From an uncultured virus (IMG/VR IMGVR_UViG_3300032226_001346) (lineage: Duplodnaviria; Heunggongvirae; Uroviricota; Caudoviricetes), in the IMG/VR virus record IMGVR_UViG_3300032226_001346: DNA of 61,217 nucleotides, one strand, 5' to 3'. The notes beneath the pieces were generated by a model, which was not told the origin of the DNA, ran no database searches, and saw only the letters and a list, made by a program, of their open reading frames with translations. A program made the translations under genes and the position numbers. Positions 57,004-61,217 of this stretch are shown one piece after another. Numbering within the stretch: position 1 is the first letter of the stretch; every line of letters begins with the position of its first letter.

Positions 57004-60000
57004 ATGCCAATCGGAACATCACCTGTCTATAGTACAACTAAAACACTTCCCGTTTTAGGTACAACATATAATCAAGATTTACATATTCAAGTTGATGTAG
57101 GAAGGCTTTGGATTCCACCAAGAAATGCATCATTAGAAGGCAGGGTGATACAATCTGTCATCGATAATAATTATCACCCAAATCCCGGAGGCGAACAAGG
57201 CAAATCATTTGTAAACCCTGACGTAAGGCAGATTATTTCTGAATCATTGGTGAGTTGCGGGCATGGAATAATTCCATTACATATAGAAATTAAGGGAGCG
57301 CCTTATTGCACATTTCTTGATGTTTGTATGGGGCCAGGCGAAGCGCATCCTTATTACGATTTTATCAAATCTCCAGTTGATTTAGAGGATTTATATTATA
57401 ACACATCTTTGGTATTTAATTTAAACCAACCAGTTCCTAATCCATTCAGCCAGGGAACGGGGGCGAATGTTCCTCAAAATCCACAATATCTGGGTCCGGT
57501 AAATATTCCAGCAACATCTTTTACAGAACCAGAGGTAAAAAATTTAAAATCTACTGGGGAGCTTATCACTCTTACAAGTTATAATTATTGGACAGTTTCT
57601 AATGTTGTTGGGTCAAATTTTAATATCAAAAAATACTTGGGTTACGAAATTAAAAATTCATCAACGGTAGCTAATGCACAGCCGTATGCTTATGTAAATA
57701 ATGATTCAGAAACATCTTCAGTTGTGGTAGTTGCTTCTAATTCAATAGTAGTATTAACCAGGAAATATCCTATGTATTTGGATTTCGCTCATCATCCTGA
57801 TTCAAAATATTATTATCTCAATAATAGCCAGGGAGTAAATAAACTTTCTACACAATATATCAATCTATCAAATGGAACCACCCCAGTTGGATTCACGATT
57901 AAATTTTACAATATTGTTACAGTTGGTTCGCAAAATACTTTTTATAATGTTGATGGACAAGTTTTTGGAAAACAACCTGAGATATGGATTCAATGGGGTG
58001 ATTTTAATTTTATGTCAAGCGAAAGTGCAAGAAATAAATATGCACAATCAAAAACGGTGGGTCTATATACTTTATATTTTAATTCAACTGATCCAGTTAG
58101 ATTATTTTTCAATAAGTCTGATACCCCAATTACATCCAATACTGTGAATCCACTTTCAAATAGTATAATTTTGGATAAAATGCCCAAAATAAATGTTGGT
58201 GGTCAATCTAATGAAAAAATGGCATCACAATTTGAGGTCTATGTTTTTTATTCAGCTCAATACATGTATGTTGGAAGTAGTTCAAACCCACACGAATGGC
58301 AGCAAATAGGTAAACCAAGGATACAGTATGCTAACACTGGAGGTGGAGATGAGTTTAAACACCATCTTGATAGTTCTTCCAAAATACAAATTGTTGCCAA
58401 AATGTGCAATTTTGTATTTAACTATGGCCCGCCTTTATTTATGCCCATAGATAAAAATAATATTCCCGAGCTTACAACACAAGAGCCCATTAATCAAAGA
58501 AATTATTTCTCGAATAGACAAATATTGCCAAATAGCAGTTTAGAGGATGTTGCTAATTCAGATTCTTTAATACAAAAATTTATATTAGACAATGCTATGT
58601 ACACTTTTCAGGACGCTGACACAACTAGATACATTAATGCGTCGGCCTATATAGACAAAAGATCAGTAAATCCTTCTTTTCCCACTGCTATTTCAAAAAA
58701 AAGCCAAGATGCCGAAAATACTTCAGTGCTTTATAAGATAACAATGCCTTTAGATCTTGGTGGACATGTTTTTAATAAATTTAATAATGGGCCAGTAACA
58801 AAAGATCCGGATATTACTGAAAGTTATGTTCAATATGATGTTTCTTTTGGAAAATCAAATAAAAATGTTAGTGATGTTTTAACCCAATCATTGGTTAATG
58901 TTACAGTTGAAAAGGATATTGGAAAAGACGGCGTTTCTATGACTGGAAAATTGAATTTTACATTTATAAATTTAAATAGAACTAGCGAGGGATATTCTTT
59001 ATTACAATGGATGCGAAATAATATTGCTGTTTTGAGGTTAAAAGCTGGATTTGGTGATGATACTTATATCTGGGGAGAGGGTGTAATTACACAAGTAAGT
59101 GTGGAAGAGAGTTTAGATCAAACAACAATTAAAATTTCAACAGAAGATCCTTTGTCATATTTATTCCAAGATCCTAAAACAATGATAATAAGCAGAACTG
59201 GGTTTTCGTTCCCTGGGATGAGATTTCAAGATATCATTAATAGTTTGGTTGATCGTACAGAATTACAGAATCATTTTGCATATGATCTTGGGCCTACGCT
59301 TGGCCCATTTTTACAAATTTCAGACCAAGCTTCTTTGCCGTCAATTTTAGATACATTTTTGATTCCCAATCTGGCACAATTGAGGGTTATACCATATAGC
59401 ACACAGGATTCGTATTTTAAAGTTTTGCAAACAATTTGTCAATTAACTTTGGTTTCGCCTTTGGTAGAAAATAGTGTAACCGGGTTGAGTGATGTGGCAA
59501 TCATGTACTGGTATGCAGCCGAAAAGGATTCCGCTCCGATTGACGGCATAAAATTTAGCTCAAGATTTGATGCAACCAATAACAAAGATAGAGATATTTT
59601 TTATTTTAGAAAAAAGAATATATCCGTGGGACTGACCACAGATATAACAGAATTACATGGATATTTAATTGGATCTGAGGGCGGAGACTACTCTTTTGAA
59701 AGCAATAGCAACACCCAGAATTTATTTTATGAAGGGATTTATTTTTATCAAGACGCTCAACAGCGACAGGAGATAATTACTGTTCCATTAGAAAAAAATA
59801 ACATTATTGATTTGGAATTTTTTAAGCCAAAAGTTGATGATAAAAATAATGGAAAAGAGCCATATATTGGTTATGATAAAATCATCATATTTAGCGACGA
59901 ATCCAAACCTGGTGACGCCGCTCAAGTTAGTTCATTGTTGTTGCCGAAAAATGAACAAGCGAAGAAAAAAGTGGGTGAATTATTTCAATATTTTTGTGCT

Positions 60001-60204
60001 ACTACTTATGAAACAATTAATTTGAAAGCCTATGTTGTTAGGCCCTTAAAACACTGGGGATATTTTGAGATAGCGGTGGAATCAGATGAATCTATTGCTG
60101 ATAAATACCTTTATTCGACAATAAGTTACGATTTTAAAATTTTTGAAAATCTGATTGTGGCTAATATTAAAGGAGCGCGAAACCCAGTAATTGACCAGGC
60201 TTAA
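57004..60204 (+). CDS. baseplate hub-like protein
   Basis: C-terminal VTVEKDI..LNFTFINL..LRLKAGFG..GEGVITQV..IKISTEDPLSYL pattern of hub proteins. Confidence 0.55.
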   Translation: MPIGTSPVYSTTKTLPVLGTTYNQDLHIQVDVGRLWIPPRNASLEGRVIQSVIDNNYHPNPGGEQGKSFVNPDVRQIISESLVSCGHGIIPLHIEIKGAPYCTFLDVCMGPGEAHPYYDFIKSPVDLEDLYYNTSLVFNLNQPVPNPFSQGTGANVPQNPQYLGPVNIPATSFTEPEVKNLKSTGELITLTSYNYWTVSNVVGSNFNIKKYLGYEIKNSSTVANAQPYAYVNNDSETSSVVVVASNSIVVLTRKYPMYLDFAHHPDSKYYYLNNSQGVNKLSTQYINLSNGTTPVGFTIKFYNIVTVGSQNTFYNVDGQVFGKQPEIWIQWGDFNFMSSESARNKYAQSKTVGLYTLYFNSTDPVRLFFNKSDTPITSNTVNPLSNSIILDKMPKINVGGQSNEKMASQFEVYVFYSAQYMYVGSSSNPHEWQQIGKPRIQYANTGGGDEFKHHLDSSSKIQIVAKMCNFVFNYGPPLFMPIDKNNIPELTTQEPINQRNYFSNRQILPNSSLEDVANSDSLIQKFILDNAMYTFQDADTTRYINASAYIDKRSVNPSFPTAISKKSQDAENTSVLYKITMPLDLGGHVFNKFNNGPVTKDPDITESYVQYDVSFGKSNKNVSDVLTQSLVNVTVEKDIGKDGVSMTGKLNFTFINLNRTSEGYSLLQWMRNNIAVLRLKAGFGDDTYIWGEGVITQVSVEESLDQTTIKISTEDPLSYLFQDPKTMIISRTGFSFPGMRFQDIINSLVDRTELQNHFAYDLGPTLGPFLQISDQASLPSILDTFLIPNLAQLRVIPYSTQDSYFKVLQTICQLTLVSPLVENSVTGLSDVAIMYWYAAEKDSAPIDGIKFSSRFDATNNKDRDIFYFRKKNISVGLTTDITELHGYLIGSEGGDYSFESNSNTQNLFYEGIYFYQDAQQRQEIITVPLEKNNIIDLEFFKPKVDDKNNGKEPYIGYDKIIIFSDESKPGDAAQVSSLLLPKNEQAKKKVGELFQYFCATTYETINLKAYVVRPLKHWGYFEIAVESDESIADKYLYSTISYDFKIFENLIVANIKGARNPVIDQA

Positions 60205-60207
60205 TAG

Positions 60208-60456
60208 GTGCTACTGCCTCAAAATAAGAATATTTCTGTTATGAGGTTCGATAGTTTATCAGATGCAATTCTTTATTATTCATCTCAAAAAAATCCACTT
60301 ATTAATGCTGCGCCATATGGACAAGTGGCAATCGAAACTGTACAATCACCTCAAAATACAAACAATATTAGGCCGCCTGGTCCAGTGGGCTTTGTATATG
60401 GGCAATCACTTTGGGGGCAAGGTTTTATCGTTGACATAAGTAAACCACAACTATGA
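60208..60456 (+). CDS. small hypothetical virion protein
   Basis: GFVYGQSLWG motif; coupled to the downstream gene. Confidence 0.5.
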   Translation: MLLPQNKNISVMRFDSLSDAILYYSSQKNPLINAAPYGQVAIETVQSPQNTNNIRPPGPVGFVYGQSLWGQGFIVDISKPQL

Positions 60457-61217
60457 ATGTTACTCCAATTTACCAATTGGGATATTTTGTTCCCAATTTA
60501 TCTACAGCAAGCAATCTTGATTTAGATAAAAATAGATTTATCACTATTGAAAACCAATTATATAATGTTTACAATATATTTGGTAATGGTATCGCTCCTG
60601 TTTATGACAATATGGGGGCACAATTAAATTCTTGGACGCTTTCTGTGGTCCCCAATGAGCAAGCTGTTCAAGTTTCTTCAGGAAAAGGTCATATTAATTA
60701 CACTTATGCAGAAACCACCAATCCTGTTCAGATAAATCTTTCTCTTCCTTTAAACGCAATCACAGGAACATATAGATTTTATTTTTATGCAATAGAAACA
60801 GATACTACGCCTGTTGATAAAACTGTTAATTTTATTTCTTCACTTACACAAATTATTGATCCGATAAATTATATTGGCCTGGGAGCGGCAGATTTAGTCA
60901 TTGATACCGCTGCTGGTACTTTTACTCTAACAGTTTACAATGATTCTGCTTATGGAAGGCAGGTAATTTCAGTTCTTGCTTCTCTATCTGATTTAGTTAA
61001 AAACCATTTACATGTGGGCGGTTCTAACGAACCTTCTCCCATCGATTTAGGGGCGCATGTTACTGGTTTCTTATCCTCAAATAATATTGATTACATTGAT
61101 GCTAATAAAATCTCCACTGGAACTTTGGACCCCAATCGGCTTCCATTGATCGACCACAACTCTTTATTAAATATTGGAACACTTACCCATCAGCAAATTG
61201 ATTCATTATTGGCGGCA
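60453..61217 (+). CDS. tail fiber/baseplate protein, 3'-truncated by the window edge
   Basis: open frame from ATG 60453 (MNVTPIYQLGYF) to the end; NHLHVGG, IDANKISTGTLDPNRLP, DHNSLLNIGTLTHQQID fiber-type motifs; absent from the ORF track. Confidence 0.75.
   Translation, partial: MNVTPIYQLGYFVPNLSTASNLDLDKNRFITIENQLYNVYNIFGNGIAPVYDNMGAQLNSWTLSVVPNEQAVQVSSGKGHINYTYAETTNPVQINLSLPLNAITGTYRFYFYAIETDTTPVDKTVNFISSLTQIIDPINYIGLGAADLVIDTAAGTFTLTVYNDSAYGRQVISVLASLSDLVKNHLHVGGSNEPSPIDLGAHVTGFLSSNNIDYIDANKISTGTLDPNRLPLIDHNSLLNIGTLTHQQIDSLLAA

Noticed and set aside
3716..60025. Numerous 60-136 aa antisense or alternate-frame ORFs in the track (e.g. 3867-4250, 8312-8617, 12082-12489, 32226-32636, 54946-55299)
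   Set aside because: They are shadows of long genes with recognisable motifs, and have no initiation signals or family motifs of their own.
1..61217. Stop-codon reassignment (TAG/TGA), as seen in some huge phages
   Set aside because: Conserved genes are full length in code 11, coding density is high, and TAG (MCP) and TGA (many ATGA overlaps) act as real stops.
1..61217. CRISPR array, tRNA or rRNA genes, reverse transcriptase/DGR or retron
   Set aside because: No repeat-spacer periodicity, cloverleaf or RT motifs were seen, and intergenic gaps are mostly too short. A covariance-model scan was not possible.

Overview
AT-rich segment of a large (jumbo-type) tailed dsDNA phage genome in the standard genetic code. 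The left part holds the head module: a portal with a fused C-terminal DUF559/Vsr-like nuclease domain, a 1769-aa prohead protease/scaffold with a LAGLIDADG intein at the catalytic motif, an acidic scaffold-like protein, a decoration protein, and a 283-aa major capsid protein resembling that of Bacillus phage G. A free-standing LAGLIDADG endonuclease follows. Tail, neck and baseplate genes, including four tail-tube-like paralogs, are scattered on both strands among host-like genes: macrodomain, ClpX, J-domain, intein-containing PIN-PhoH, DUF151 nuclease, MerC, RNase HII, DnaK, SF2 helicase, DnaJ, trypsin and an intracellular-type subtilisin. The patterns most worth following up are not covered by gene annotation. 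(1) A recurring (K/R)-x-A motif and a shared ~30-aa helical leader on many unrelated small proteins suggest a capsid-loading and proteolytic maturation code. (2) There appear to be two classes of leaderless promoters. One has AGG exactly 34 nt before the start codon of nine genes, mostly virion genes; the other is YG-TAHAAT 5-7 nt before host-like genes. (3) The capsid gene strongly prefers CGA for arginine. No tRNA, rRNA, CRISPR array, terminase or sheath gene was recognised. All family assignments come from reading motifs by eye, not from database searches.
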